50,931 bases of DNA from Thermoplasmatales archaeon (GCA_041304825.1 JBFYMQ010000004.1:1-50931); one strand, 5' to 3'. Numbered from the stretch's first letter, positions 19,760 through 30,500 are shown. Notes: generated from the letters alone by a model not told the origin. Made by a program: numbers and translations.

Positions 19760-20455
19760 ATGAGGAAAGCCATTGTATCCTTTTTCACACTGTTTATGGC
19801 TGTGATCCTTTGCTCTGCCGTTCTGCCGTTGCACGCAAACGCAGGTCAAGCAGGTGTAGGAGTCATAAACGTTCCACCAAAATACGGTTACATCCGAGTA
19901 GAAGAGCAAGGTGATTACTTTAGAGTGTACCTCAATATCTCTGATTATAACTCCTGGGCTGATGTGTACAATGTTAGCGTCAGCCTTGATAATTATGGGA
20001 CAAAACTCTCCACGTTTCTTTTCCAGCAATATAAAAATCTGGACTCTTTTGTTGAGATCAACGAGTTCAGTGAAACACCAAAGAAAAGACATTTATTAGA
20101 TATCGAAAAATGTTTTTTCCAAAAATCTAATGGACAGGAAACAATCGATGAACGCTGTGATATCGCTATACGCTTTGTTTTTCAAAAAACTTTTTTTACT
20201 GGTCTTAGCATTGTGATTAATGACCGGGCAGGATCTGCTCCGGCGGAGGCGTATATCTATTACAACAGTGAGGAGTCTCTGAGAAGTGGCAACACGATAG
20301 TGATTCCATGGATAGATTCTCAAATAACTCTGACCCTCCCTCCGTATCTAATTGATCTCATCGCAATAATACTTGCAATATTTGGTGTGATGTACTATCT
20401 TAAAAAGACAGGGATCCGAGAAAAAAGCAAAAAGGCTTACAAAAAAATCTCATAG
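19760..20455 (+). CDS. Small type-I membrane-anchored secreted protein, unknown function (11 nt after ORF 18400; likely co-transcribed)
   Basis: Signal peptide (FFTLFMAVILCSAVLPLHANA) and C-terminal TM with Lys-rich tail (LIDLIAIILAIFGVMYYLKKTG..KKAYKKIS). Confidence 0.7.
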   Translation: MRKAIVSFFTLFMAVILCSAVLPLHANAGQAGVGVINVPPKYGYIRVEEQGDYFRVYLNISDYNSWADVYNVSVSLDNYGTKLSTFLFQQYKNLDSFVEINEFSETPKKRHLLDIEKCFFQKSNGQETIDERCDIAIRFVFQKTFFTGLSIVINDRAGSAPAEAYIYYNSEESLRSGNTIVIPWIDSQITLTLPPYLIDLIAIILAIFGVMYYLKKTGIREKSKKAYKKIS

Positions 20456-20585
20456 TCGCTTATGGCTTTTTCCTAACTGTTTTTTTATATTTTTCTCGAT
20501 ATATCTTCTGATAAAATTCATTTTCATATTCTTCTTCAAAGCCACCTACGAACCACAATTCATCTTCGAACTCACCCCACTGTAT

Positions 20586-21587
20586 TTGTTGTCTGGATTC
20601 AGTAATGTACAACTCCTATCGCTCTCGTTCTTGATCATCGTATTAGATATGGTTCTTCACCTCCAGTCAAGTAAACGAAATTTACTGCTCTCGTTCCTTC
20701 CAACTGCACTTATGATTATCGGAGCTGGATTTACAATCATGTTCAACCCGATGGATCTGGCGTATCTCTTCCATTATGTGCTCTTTGGCTGTCTTTTGCT
20801 TATCGTTCTCATCGATTATCAATATATCTTGAAAGGTGTGGACGCCCCAAGATTCTTCAAGAGAAAAGAACCTGTACCACTGCAAATCAGCGAACATGAG
20901 CCAGTCTTGGCATCACGAGCACCATTATTCTTTGCCAAGAACGTAAAACCTGTTCAGCAACCCCCTGGCACACTTGCTCCGGAGAATGTCGCTGATTTGA
21001 AGATAATATCGGATGCAATGGTCCAAAGAATGCAAAATGTCTTAAACGACCTTGAAAAAAAGGCTGCGCGAATCGAACAATTGGAAGACAAAATCCAGCA
21101 GCAACACACCATTCCGTTCTCCGCTGAAAAAACGTTCCCACCCTCCCCCACTCCGCTTCCTGAAGCAGCAGAAAAAACCCCTGTGACTAAGGAAAAACTA
21201 ATCAACACGATTTGCTCGGAAGAGAAAATCATCTTAAAAGAACGAATCGAAAATCATCTTATCATTGATGAGATGGATCACGTCGTCGCAGTCGTACAGC
21301 GGGGGATTTTCAGAGACATCAGTAACTCGTTTGCTGATTTTCTTGGCTATAACCGCACGGAGCTTCTGCAGAAGAATTTTTTTGTTTTTATCGCTCCTCG
21401 GGGTTTTAACGATGCAAGGAAATACTATCTCAATCGATTAAAAGGAATCGCTACGAACTCCTTTAAAACGGTGTTACTGACAAAAGAACAAACCGAAATA
21501 CCCGTCGAAATCACTGTAGTCCCGACAGTGTACAAAGGAGATTCCGCTGAGTTCATTAGTATAAAAGAAATCAAAGACCAATCGTAA
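20586..21587 (+). CDS. Membrane protein with three N-terminal TM helices, a coiled-coil/Pro-rich linker and a C-terminal PAS domain, with no output domain
   Basis: TM segments LLSLSFLIIVLDMVLHL, LPTALMIIGAGFTIMF, YVLFGCLLLIVLIDY. PAS-like C-terminus (FRDISNSFADFLGYNRTELLQKNFFVFIAP..PVEITVVP). Start uncertain (TTG 20586 or ATG 20649). Confidence 0.65.
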   Translation: MLSGFSNVQLLSLSFLIIVLDMVLHLQSSKRNLLLSFLPTALMIIGAGFTIMFNPMDLAYLFHYVLFGCLLLIVLIDYQYILKGVDAPRFFKRKEPVPLQISEHEPVLASRAPLFFAKNVKPVQQPPGTLAPENVADLKIISDAMVQRMQNVLNDLEKKAARIEQLEDKIQQQHTIPFSAEKTFPPSPTPLPEAAEKTPVTKEKLINTICSEEKIILKERIENHLIIDEMDHVVAVVQRGIFRDISNSFADFLGYNRTELLQKNFFVFIAPRGFNDARKYYLNRLKGIATNSFKTVLLTKEQTEIPVEITVVPTVYKGDSAEFISIKEIKDQS

Positions 21588-21758
21588 TAAAAGAATCAAT
21601 CCTTTTTCTATTCATGGGAAAAATGATACGAAATCAGAAGACCTAATCCCCTTTTATCAGGAGAAGATGCTATTTCTTATCCCCTTAAAAATTGACCCAA
21701 ATATTTAATTACTACTGAACTATAATATACAATACTATAATAGGGGGTTATAAATAAA

Positions 21759-24248
21759 ATGAAGAAAATAACAATTCTGTTTATTGTAGGTATTCTGATA
21801 GGTTCCACCATGGGGGCTATTGGAACACAAGGCAAGCAAGAAACTGCACAGTCTCTCTCAGAACATCTTAGCACGCCATCCATCCAAAAACAAACAATGA
21901 ACAATGAAGGATATCTTCTGATCGAACTTACTGGGACATCGACGTTTCAGACAACCGCCGGTCAACCGCAGCTACCGAAGATCGTCCGTACCATAGAGCT
22001 TCCGTTTGGGGTGACCGATATCCGTGTTTCTCTTACGCCTGGTGCCATTACCACCCAGCATATCGATCAAGAGATACGTCCTGCTCAACAGATGATCCTT
22101 CTCACTCAAGAGTCTCAAAGCATGGCTGCTTCCACGACACCCAAAGATGCAGAAGTCTATGCCATGACCACGCCATATCCTGAGACTTGGTTTACGTCAT
22201 CGGTTGGTGTTGGTTTGAATAAAAACAACGAGCATGTGACCTTTGTTGCGGTTCATTATTATCCGATTCGATACACACCAACCACAGGGACCCTTCATAT
22301 CGCCACCGATGCAGATCTCTCCATTACATATTCAGCACCTAGCCATAATCCGTTTCCATTAAAAAGTGAATATAACCTTGTCATCATCGCACCAAAATCC
22401 TTCGAAAAAGCACTTCAACCACTCATCGAACATAAAAACAGCCATGGAGTCCTGACGGTTTTGAAAACAACCGAGGACATCTATAATGAATCTACTGGTG
22501 TTGACAAACCAGAACAGATTAAATATTTCATAAAAAATGCAATTGAGACCTGGGGTGTCGAATACGTATTGTTAGTGGGTGGATTAAAAAATATGGTGTT
22601 TGCCAAACCTCGTGATAACCCAAACGAAGGAACCAAGGGATGGCATCTGCCTGTCCGGTACACCAACCTCTATGACAACCCGAAATTCCCATTACACTCA
22701 GAAAGCACACTCTATGACCCTGGTGTCCTCAGCGATCTGTACTACGCAGATATCTATGAGGCAGGGGGTAACTTCTCCAGTTGGGACCCCAATAGCGATG
22801 GAATATTTGCCGCATGGAGAATGGAAGGGTATGAAAATGATACAGGTATTGATTTGTACCCAGATGTCGCCCTCGGTCGACTTGCATGTGTCAGTGTCTC
22901 TGAAGTACGAACCGTAGTGAAGAAAATCATCACCTATGAGACGACAACCTATGGCTCAGAATGGTTTAAGAAAATGACGGTCATCAGCGGCGACGGTTTC
23001 CTTGACCAAGAGGATTTGAACATCCAATGGGACACCGCTAGCTTACCAACAGGAACCTACACGATTTACGCGCAAAGCAGTAACCCTGCTGCAGAATATG
23101 GACCCGTTGAAACAATCAATGTCACGGTCGATAAAACCAAAGCAACCAACCTTACCTTCAACCATGATGATCACTTGCGGATTCATGAGTACCCTGGATT
23201 GCCAATCGCTGAGATTGTGACTGTTTCTGAAGGAAATATTCTAGGGAATACAGACTTTACTTATACTCCTGGTGAAAACGAGGCGTATTGTAACGAATTC
23301 TATTTCTGGGGAAACATGAGTTACCTTTCTGGTGTTCTTACTATTCGAGGGAAAAGCTATGATCCTAAACCGTATGGGAATCTCACGAGTATCCATGTCT
23401 GGATAAAAAATAGCGCAGACACTATCGTGTTTGAAAACTGGCGTAACGACACAGAGATGTACTACGAAGGAGAATACACCACCGGTGAACAAGCGTTACT
23501 TGGTCGAGGTGGAGCACTGTATTATATGCCTGAGGAATTTGAACGTGATATCATCTGGGCTTCCAATGGTTTATTCACTGGACAACAAGACGTCATCGAC
23601 GCCTGGGATGAAGGTGCTGGTTTTATGTTCATCTCTGGTCATGGCAGTCCTAACGTCTGGGCTGATCACTACCCTGGCGTTCCTGGGAATAGGGCATATG
23701 GGAGCGTCACCGGTTTATCGGTCACCACGCTACGTCCATGGCCACCATTTTTCAACACACCGATCTTCCCGATGGACACCATCAGAAATGAAGAGAGACT
23801 GCCAATAACCGTTATTGGTGGTTGTCATAACAGCCAGTTCAACGTCTCCATGGTGTATGGTTTCCTTGAGGGAATGATTTATCTGTTCCCAAACTTCCCA
23901 CAAATGCATATGTGGTGTCACGGGCAACCCGTCCCTGAAACCTTCAGCTGGAGACTCATTCGAAACCCCCATGGTGGTTCGATTGCGACAATGGGAAACA
24001 CCGGGCTTGGGTATGGAATGCCTGGTGTTGATCTCACCACGGGTGGTGGTGACGGATGGATCACTATCGAATTTTTCAAGCAATACGGCACAGACGGACT
24101 AGATATTCTCGGACAGGCGTATCAACAAACCCTTACCGCCTATGTCAGCACCTTTGATATGACAGATCTCGCAGCAGGTCATCCCAAATCTGTCCAACAG
24201 TGGGTGTTGCTCGGTGACCCTTCATTAAAAATCGGTGGATACGAATAA
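21759..24248 (+). CDS. Secreted peptidase C25 (gingipain-like, clan CD) family protein
   Basis: Signal peptide MKKITILFIVGILIGSTMGAIG. C25-type N-terminal region (YNLVIIAPKSFEKALQPLIEHKNSHGV, VEYVLLVGG). Catalytic-type His in FISGHGSPNVW (codon 23640-23642) and Cys in VIGGCHNSQF (23823-23825). Confidence 0.8.
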   Translation: MKKITILFIVGILIGSTMGAIGTQGKQETAQSLSEHLSTPSIQKQTMNNEGYLLIELTGTSTFQTTAGQPQLPKIVRTIELPFGVTDIRVSLTPGAITTQHIDQEIRPAQQMILLTQESQSMAASTTPKDAEVYAMTTPYPETWFTSSVGVGLNKNNEHVTFVAVHYYPIRYTPTTGTLHIATDADLSITYSAPSHNPFPLKSEYNLVIIAPKSFEKALQPLIEHKNSHGVLTVLKTTEDIYNESTGVDKPEQIKYFIKNAIETWGVEYVLLVGGLKNMVFAKPRDNPNEGTKGWHLPVRYTNLYDNPKFPLHSESTLYDPGVLSDLYYADIYEAGGNFSSWDPNSDGIFAAWRMEGYENDTGIDLYPDVALGRLACVSVSEVRTVVKKIITYETTTYGSEWFKKMTVISGDGFLDQEDLNIQWDTASLPTGTYTIYAQSSNPAAEYGPVETINVTVDKTKATNLTFNHDDHLRIHEYPGLPIAEIVTVSEGNILGNTDFTYTPGENEAYCNEFYFWGNMSYLSGVLTIRGKSYDPKPYGNLTSIHVWIKNSADTIVFENWRNDTEMYYEGEYTTGEQALLGRGGALYYMPEEFERDIIWASNGLFTGQQDVIDAWDEGAGFMFISGHGSPNVWADHYPGVPGNRAYGSVTGLSVTTLRPWPPFFNTPIFPMDTIRNEERLPITVIGGCHNSQFNVSMVYGFLEGMIYLFPNFPQMHMWCHGQPVPETFSWRLIRNPHGGSIATMGNTGLGYGMPGVDLTTGGGDGWITIEFFKQYGTDGLDILGQAYQQTLTAYVSTFDMTDLAAGHPKSVQQWVLLGDPSLKIGGYE

Positions 24249-24250
24249 AA

Positions 24251-24275
24251 CCACCTTTTTTCTTTTCTTTTTATT
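24251..24275 (+). terminator. Oligo-T terminator in the convergent gap between the C25 peptidase and the thioredoxin-like gene
   Basis: ccaccttttttcttttctttttatt follows immediately after the stop at 24246-24248. Confidence 0.5.
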
Positions 24276-24292
24276 ATTCAAGATGCCAAGTT

Positions 24293-24646
24293 TTATTGTT
24301 TTTTTCGAAGGCGGCAGACTTTGATTAACTCTTGAAATTGTCCTTCATTGAGTCCAACTCCATGGATGCCATCGAGCCGCTCGACTGCTTTTCCTTTTTC
24401 AAAAAAGACGATTGTCGGATATACCTGTACGACATATCGATCGCAGAGATGAGGATATTCATCAATTTTCATACGATAACACTCATAGCTTGAATCTTTA
24501 GCGCATCTCTCAAATATAGGTAAGAACATCTGAGAAAAAGGACACCATTCCGCATAGAAAAGAACAAAACAGGTATCTTTTATTTGGAGGATTTTCTCAA
24601 GGTTTTCTTCGGTTTCGATAAGTGAACATTTTTCAAGGGTCTTCAT
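24293..24646 (-). CDS. Thioredoxin-fold protein with monothiol CxxS active-site motif
   Basis: FVLFYAEWCPFSQMF sits in the Trx active-site position (WCPFS instead of WCGPC). 117 aa. VYPTIVFF matches the cis-Pro loop region. Confidence 0.75.
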   Translation of the reverse strand: MKTLEKCSLIETEENLEKILQIKDTCFVLFYAEWCPFSQMFLPIFERCAKDSSYECYRMKIDEYPHLCDRYVVQVYPTIVFFEKGKAVERLDGIHGVGLNEGQFQELIKVCRLRKKQ

Positions 24647-25153
24647 AAAGCATTCAACTTTTACTGTTTTTCTTCAGGGTACTTTTTACTATCACACAAC
24701 GATTTGTCTTATTATATTCCGCATCGATAAAGTGCATATGGTGTTTTTTTTCTGGAAAGTTGTGTTCTCTTACCGTTCACAGAAATCCCATTTGCTGCCG
24801 TATTTGAGTATATTTTGACTGCGGGGTATTGAATCGTAGAGGAGGTATAGTCTATTTTTACAGACCATACTCAAGTATTTTTGTTCTGTAGTCTCAAAAT
24901 TTTCTTGATTGCAAGGTTTATCTCCTGTCATTTCTCATCGGTTTTTTCGTGTAATAACGTTGCATGTAGATTGATGATTTCAAATAGTCAATGTTTGTGA
25001 ATCATTTGATATTTATGTTCTTTGCGTATTTTGGTATCATCATGCTATTTTTTTAAAAGTTTTTATAATATCTGTATACCATAAAATATCGACAATTAAT
25101 GAAGTTAATATTGGAAATATTTATAAGACGAATATCCTTTCTTTCCATAGAGG

Positions 25154-26323
25154 ATGTATTGTATGAAGGAAAAAAAAATCATACCACTTATTGTAGCAGT
25201 TGTGCTCGTCGGTGTATCGTGCTTCTCCGGCTGTGTCGGACCGTGGGCAATCGATACACTTGGTTGGGAACATATTAATCTTGAAGGAACTTCTGTCAGA
25301 ATCTGGGGACAGCTGACGATAAGTGAATCTGCGGATAACTGGAATGAAGGATTCGTCTGGGACACTGAATCCCATCAGAATTGGGAGGATTATGCATATC
25401 GTGAATGGGCAGATAACCATGGAGGTTTAGGGCTGTATTCACTCGATATCGATAGCCTCTCCAGAACCACAGAATATCACTATAGAGCATTTGGAGAATA
25501 CACCAAAGGAAAGAGCCAATATCGCGTTGGAGCAGACCTGACATTCATTCCTGGTGGACCACGAGTAGTTACCGATAACGCAACCAATATCGGTCTTACA
25601 CAAGCAACACTCACTGGTAATCTCTGGCACATGGGTGGAGCTGCATCCTGCACCGTCTATTTCCTTTATGGAACCGATATACAATCACTTAACCAACAAA
25701 CCCCACCAGTAACAATGACCTCAGTAGGACCATTCAACGCACCACTGACCAGCCTGGCTACGAATACCACCTATTATTACAAGGCTGTTGCAGAAAATGA
25801 TGCTGATACATGGTCCGGGATTATCCTATCGGTCACACCGGGACAACCCCTTATCATATCCCGACAACCTGGGGAAATCAGTATGAACCATGCGATACTG
25901 AAAGGAGAACTGTGGAACACTGGTGGAACAGCAACATGTACCGTCTGGTTCGTCTACAGCGACGTCAACCCCAATCAACTTGATCAATCCACCCCGCATC
26001 AACTTATGAACGCAACCGGCCCATTCCAGGCATATATCGGAAATCTCTCTGCAAGCACAACCTATTGGTACAGAGCGGTTGGTGACAATGGCTTCGCACA
26101 AGGAAAAGGAGATATCATCGAATTCAGTACCACACCAACAGCAGAAATCAGAACAACTGGTGAGCTTGGAAAACCATACCAACCAAACAAATATACCCTT
26201 GATGACGAGCTTGCCTCTCGAATCCCTGCTCGTTATCTCCAGCTCCTGCAAAAATATCCGATACTACTAAAATTATTACAACAACCACGCATACGGGCTT
26301 TTCTAATGGGGCTTCATCAATAA
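25154..26323 (+). CDS. Lipoprotein-like secreted protein with three tandem FN3-like domains and a variant C-terminal tail
   Basis: N-terminus KKIIPLIVAVVLVGVSCFSGC (lipobox-like). Repeats TLTGNLWHMGGAASCTVYFLYGTD..TTYYYKAVAEN and ILKGELWNTGGTATCTVWFVYSD..TTYWYRAVGDN, plus a divergent first copy. Tail KYPILLKLLQQPRIRAFLMGLHQ. Confidence 0.7.
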   Translation: MYCMKEKKIIPLIVAVVLVGVSCFSGCVGPWAIDTLGWEHINLEGTSVRIWGQLTISESADNWNEGFVWDTESHQNWEDYAYREWADNHGGLGLYSLDIDSLSRTTEYHYRAFGEYTKGKSQYRVGADLTFIPGGPRVVTDNATNIGLTQATLTGNLWHMGGAASCTVYFLYGTDIQSLNQQTPPVTMTSVGPFNAPLTSLATNTTYYYKAVAENDADTWSGIILSVTPGQPLIISRQPGEISMNHAILKGELWNTGGTATCTVWFVYSDVNPNQLDQSTPHQLMNATGPFQAYIGNLSASTTYWYRAVGDNGFAQGKGDIIEFSTTPTAEIRTTGELGKPYQPNKYTLDDELASRIPARYLQLLQKYPILLKLLQQPRIRAFLMGLHQ

Positions 26324-26334
26324 AACCGTCAATC

Positions 26335-26355
26335 TTTTTTTTTTTAAAAAAAAAA
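26335..26355. terminator. T11-A10 tract: candidate bidirectional terminator between convergent genes
   Basis: tttttttttttaaaaaaaaaa read directly. It lies between the stop at 26323 (+) and the stop at 26455 (-). Confidence 0.5.
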
Positions 26356-26454
26356 GTAATTGGAAGAATATCATTTTTCATTATGTTGGATAAATTAAAA
26401 TCGTTTTATTCCAGAATGACGATATCTTTAGATAAAGAAAGGAATAATCTTACG

Positions 26455-27027
26455 TTATTTCTTATATCGTGAATAGTAAATCAATATTATAGCGATTGCC
26501 ATTATGAATGACATGAACAGAAATCCTGGTGTTTCCATACATGTTTTAATTTCATTTTTGGAAGCATCAGCTATCTCAGATGGTATCCCGCCTTCGATAA
26601 TGTGCCCGAAATCACCAGTTTCACCACCATAGTCGTCACTAAGTAGGTATAACGCGGGTATTGTAAATTTTTGGGTATTATTGATAAAAAAATATTGTAT
26701 TGAAATTGCATATCGTGTATTTCCCCATTTCATGTAAAAGAACACTTCATGCATTACTTGACCATAATATGAAGTTTCTATGATACGATGATACCATTTT
26801 TTTTCTTCTAATTCACCTATTCTATCATTAAGTTCTAAATACTCTGTCGAAACGTCTGGGAAATTTGTTGGCAAGGGAAGAAAACAATCATCAAATTTTT
26901 CACTATATTGATTTAATATTTCTAAGACTTCTGATTGATAATTGATTTTATTTACTTCATCTTGCGCATTCACATTCATGGCGATTATGAAAAAACTTAC
27001 GATAACAATTATTACTCCTACTTTCAT
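26455..27027 (-). CDS. Hypothetical secreted/membrane-anchored protein
   Basis: Signal peptide MKVGVIIVIVSFFIIAMNVNA from ATG 27027 (GGGAG 5 nt upstream; track start is TTG 27051). C-terminal TM FLFMSFIMAIAIILIYYSRYKK. No recognisable family. Confidence 0.55.
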   Translation of the reverse strand: MKVGVIIVIVSFFIIAMNVNAQDEVNKINYQSEVLEILNQYSEKFDDCFLPLPTNFPDVSTEYLELNDRIGELEEKKWYHRIIETSYYGQVMHEVFFYMKWGNTRYAISIQYFFINNTQKFTIPALYLLSDDYGGETGDFGHIIEGGIPSEIADASKNEIKTCMETPGFLFMSFIMAIAIILIYYSRYKK

Positions 27028-27507
27028 AACACTCCCATAACAAAATAACAAAAGATAATTTATAATCTTTGCCCTGAGACGAAGTATCGATTTCAGAGAA
27101 TAACTACAGTTATGTAAATTTTTTTTGTGTTGTATATAAAGAAATAGTCTTAGAATTAATGACGAAAGATAAATAGAAAATTATGAAATAAATAAGGCAA
27201 CTCACTATCTCTAGCCGTGAAAAAAAATAATCACAAAAATTCTTTCCATGTTTTATTCAATTCTGTAAAAAATTACGAAAAAATAAAAAAATAATACGAT
27301 GAATCATCAATTCGTTCAACTTAAAGCAAAAAACTCTTTTATATCCAGAAAAACATGGTCAAATGATAGTGGATAATATGAAGGGGATCTCGCCTGAGGA
27401 ACATCTTATGAACAATAAGATTGAGGCGACACATGGAGGTATAACAGAAAGAGAGAGACGATCCTTTTCAATCCTCTAGAAATAAAAGAACAATTGGAGG
27501 AACAAGA

Positions 27508-30500
27508 ATGAAGCATAACAAAAGAAAAATGTGGGCTGTTGTATACTTTGCTCTTTTAATCGGAACCATATTTTTTGTTCCGGCAAGTTCAGAAAAAGAA
27601 AACTCTTCTTTTCTTAACACTTCACAAAACCAACAGAGTGGGTATAGTGGTGATACAAAGGAACCCCCTGGAGCATTGATCCCAGATAGGAAATATGTCT
27701 TTGATGATGAGCCTGCTCCCATGACTAAGAGTGAAGAAAATCCAGATTGCGGGACAAAACGCGATGCAGGGGACGATTTTAATCGTGCTACTGCCCTTTA
27801 CCCGGGTGAAGTTATTGATAATACCCCGGGACGTGGAAGAATCGGCGCGTTAACATCTACCAACCCGCAGGATTGGTATTACTTCTCCCTCTGCGAAGGT
27901 CAAGACGTCGTTATCACTCTCTCACCTCCATCCAGTTTTAACTTTGACCTTTTCTTAATAGATTCAGATGAAATTCAGATAGCCGCATCAACCAACGGAG
28001 GAAGCGACCTTGAGGTAATAACTTACACTGCGGGATATACCGGATACCATTACCTCAAAGTACTCTTTATCAGCGGAACAGGGACCGGTGAATATACCAT
28101 TGATATTACAATGACGACACAAAATGATGCAGACAGCGGAACTGACGCATCAGATGCTTTTACTTCCGCTCTTGCCATCACCCCGGGCTCGTACTTCGGA
28201 TACCTTGATATGAACGATGCCTATGATTACTATAAATTCCAGGTCGACAGTGGAAAAGGGATTTCTTTCAGCTTACAGATGCAAACCACCGCGATTTTAT
28301 CTGATTTTGACTTACAACTCTACAACCCAAGCGGAACCCTTGTCTATGAGGCAACTCAATATTACAATGATGAATTGTTGTACCCGGCAACCGAAACAGG
28401 GGAATGGAGGATTCGCATCGACATTTTCCCTGGATGGGTTGATATTCCTCACCCAACAGAATGGGCGTATTATGCATATGGATCTGGAGCTTATTTGTTC
28501 ACATTAAATATCGAAAACAGTGCATCTGCTCCACCAGAAATACCACAGCCACAGATCACTCCTCTCATCAAAACCTTTCGGGTGACAAACGATGATTCAA
28601 CCACCAAGGATGACTTTGGGTATCTTGCAGCAATTCCCGCCTGCAACTACCTTGAAGATGAGACACGATATACCGCTCCGATAGTATACAAGGGAGATGA
28701 CACACCAACAAACTACTATGATACTGAAGCATACCGAGGTACCGTCGACGATACCACCCAATACCTCATCGATGACTGGAATGCCTATCTTGCTATGCAT
28801 GGAGAAACAGCGACATCATATGATGTTCCTGCAAATCCTGTCGAAGCAGCAGCAGATATCGCACAGCAAAACTGGGGTGCCTCGGATCTTGCCGTGGTGG
28901 CAGTCGACGGAAGCGAATATACTGATAATGTAAAAACCATCTTGAAACGAACAAGAACCCTTACTAGGACGGTAGACATCGAAGAAATACAACACGATGA
29001 CCCAAAACTAATAGAAGATCTTGGGTACCTCATGTTTCTTGGCCCAAAATGGTGTGCTCTGAATATCAATGTCACAGGGATTAGTGTAACAAGTGGGAGT
29101 GTTGTTGGTGCGTTGCTTACGCAGGTGTACCCAAAATATATCGATGTTGCCTCTGATGACTGGCCAACACCCTACGATGGTCCGGGTAATGCTTTTGATA
29201 TTTACCATCCCGTCTCGCGTATTGGACTATGGTCAGCAAACACTGGTGTTCAGAACACTCAATTCGACCTTCTGCGTATCACGAAATATGCTGGTGATCG
29301 ATACCATGTGAATGTGAAAAACGCTGATTCAGTTCTTACCGCCAAAGTCACAACCACGGAATCATCAGATCTTCTTGTATATTGCATTGATCCTAAGGGA
29401 TATGTTCGTGCGCCAGATATGCCGATTTGGAATGGTCCGGTCAATCCAATACATGTCTGGAATGGACTAGAGAATCCTGAGGTCAATCCCTGGCGATGCT
29501 GGAACCCAGAACTACATACCGAATTCACCGCTGAAGTAATGCACCCTGAATCAGGCTGGTGGACCGTGATTGTCGTCCCTCGCTACGCAGATGGTGCAGA
29601 AAAAATAAGATACACGTTAACCGTGGACCAACGAATTGTCAACACAAAACGAGCTGATGCTGAAGTTTCTGCAGCAAACGCTGCAGTCATCGCATCATTA
29701 AATCACGCACCTCTTCTATATGTCTCAGAAAATTCCATTCCTTCTGCGACTTCTGCTGCATTCACCGCTCTTGGTGTCAATAAGGTTATCTTCGTTGAAC
29801 GAGGCGATATCGGGAAAGCGAGTTTCCCATCCGGAATATCGGTACAAGCTGATTTAACAGATATGGATCAAATAGTTAATCACATAAAAGGATATGGCGC
29901 CTCAGATAACTTCATTACCATCACATCCCTCAAGACCGGAAAAGGTTTCTTTGCCCCTGCTGCGTATCTCGCTGCCTACCATGGGTCACCAATCCTCCGT
30001 ATCGAAGATGCTCCCGGTAACCCAGCTGCAATGGCTGACCGGATTGAAACCTGGCGACTTGGAGATGGGGATTACTATCATGGTTCCCGTGCTCCCGGGC
30101 ATCTGCCTGATGCTGATGAACCAGTAGATCAAAGTCCGCTTTACTTGTTTAAGACAATGCTACATTTCATACAATCACAGGATCCTGCAATTCTTCCCCC
30201 CATAGGTCTAGATGCAGATCGTTACTGGCGTGCAGAAATGTATAATGAAACGTATGAGTGGATTGCTGGATATGGTCTTGATCTTGACGGACAAGAAGCC
30301 TATTGTTTTGTTGCACCAAGGACCGACATCTACCTACCCTTACATTCCGTGATGATTGGGAATAATTCCTATGCAGGTCATATCCCTGGTGATACACCAG
30401 CATATTCCTCTGCTGTCATCGTCCGAAGCGTTCTGTACCCTGCTCTAATCTTCGCAAACCCCAACCGAAACACCACAACCGCTCAACTGATGAATTACCC

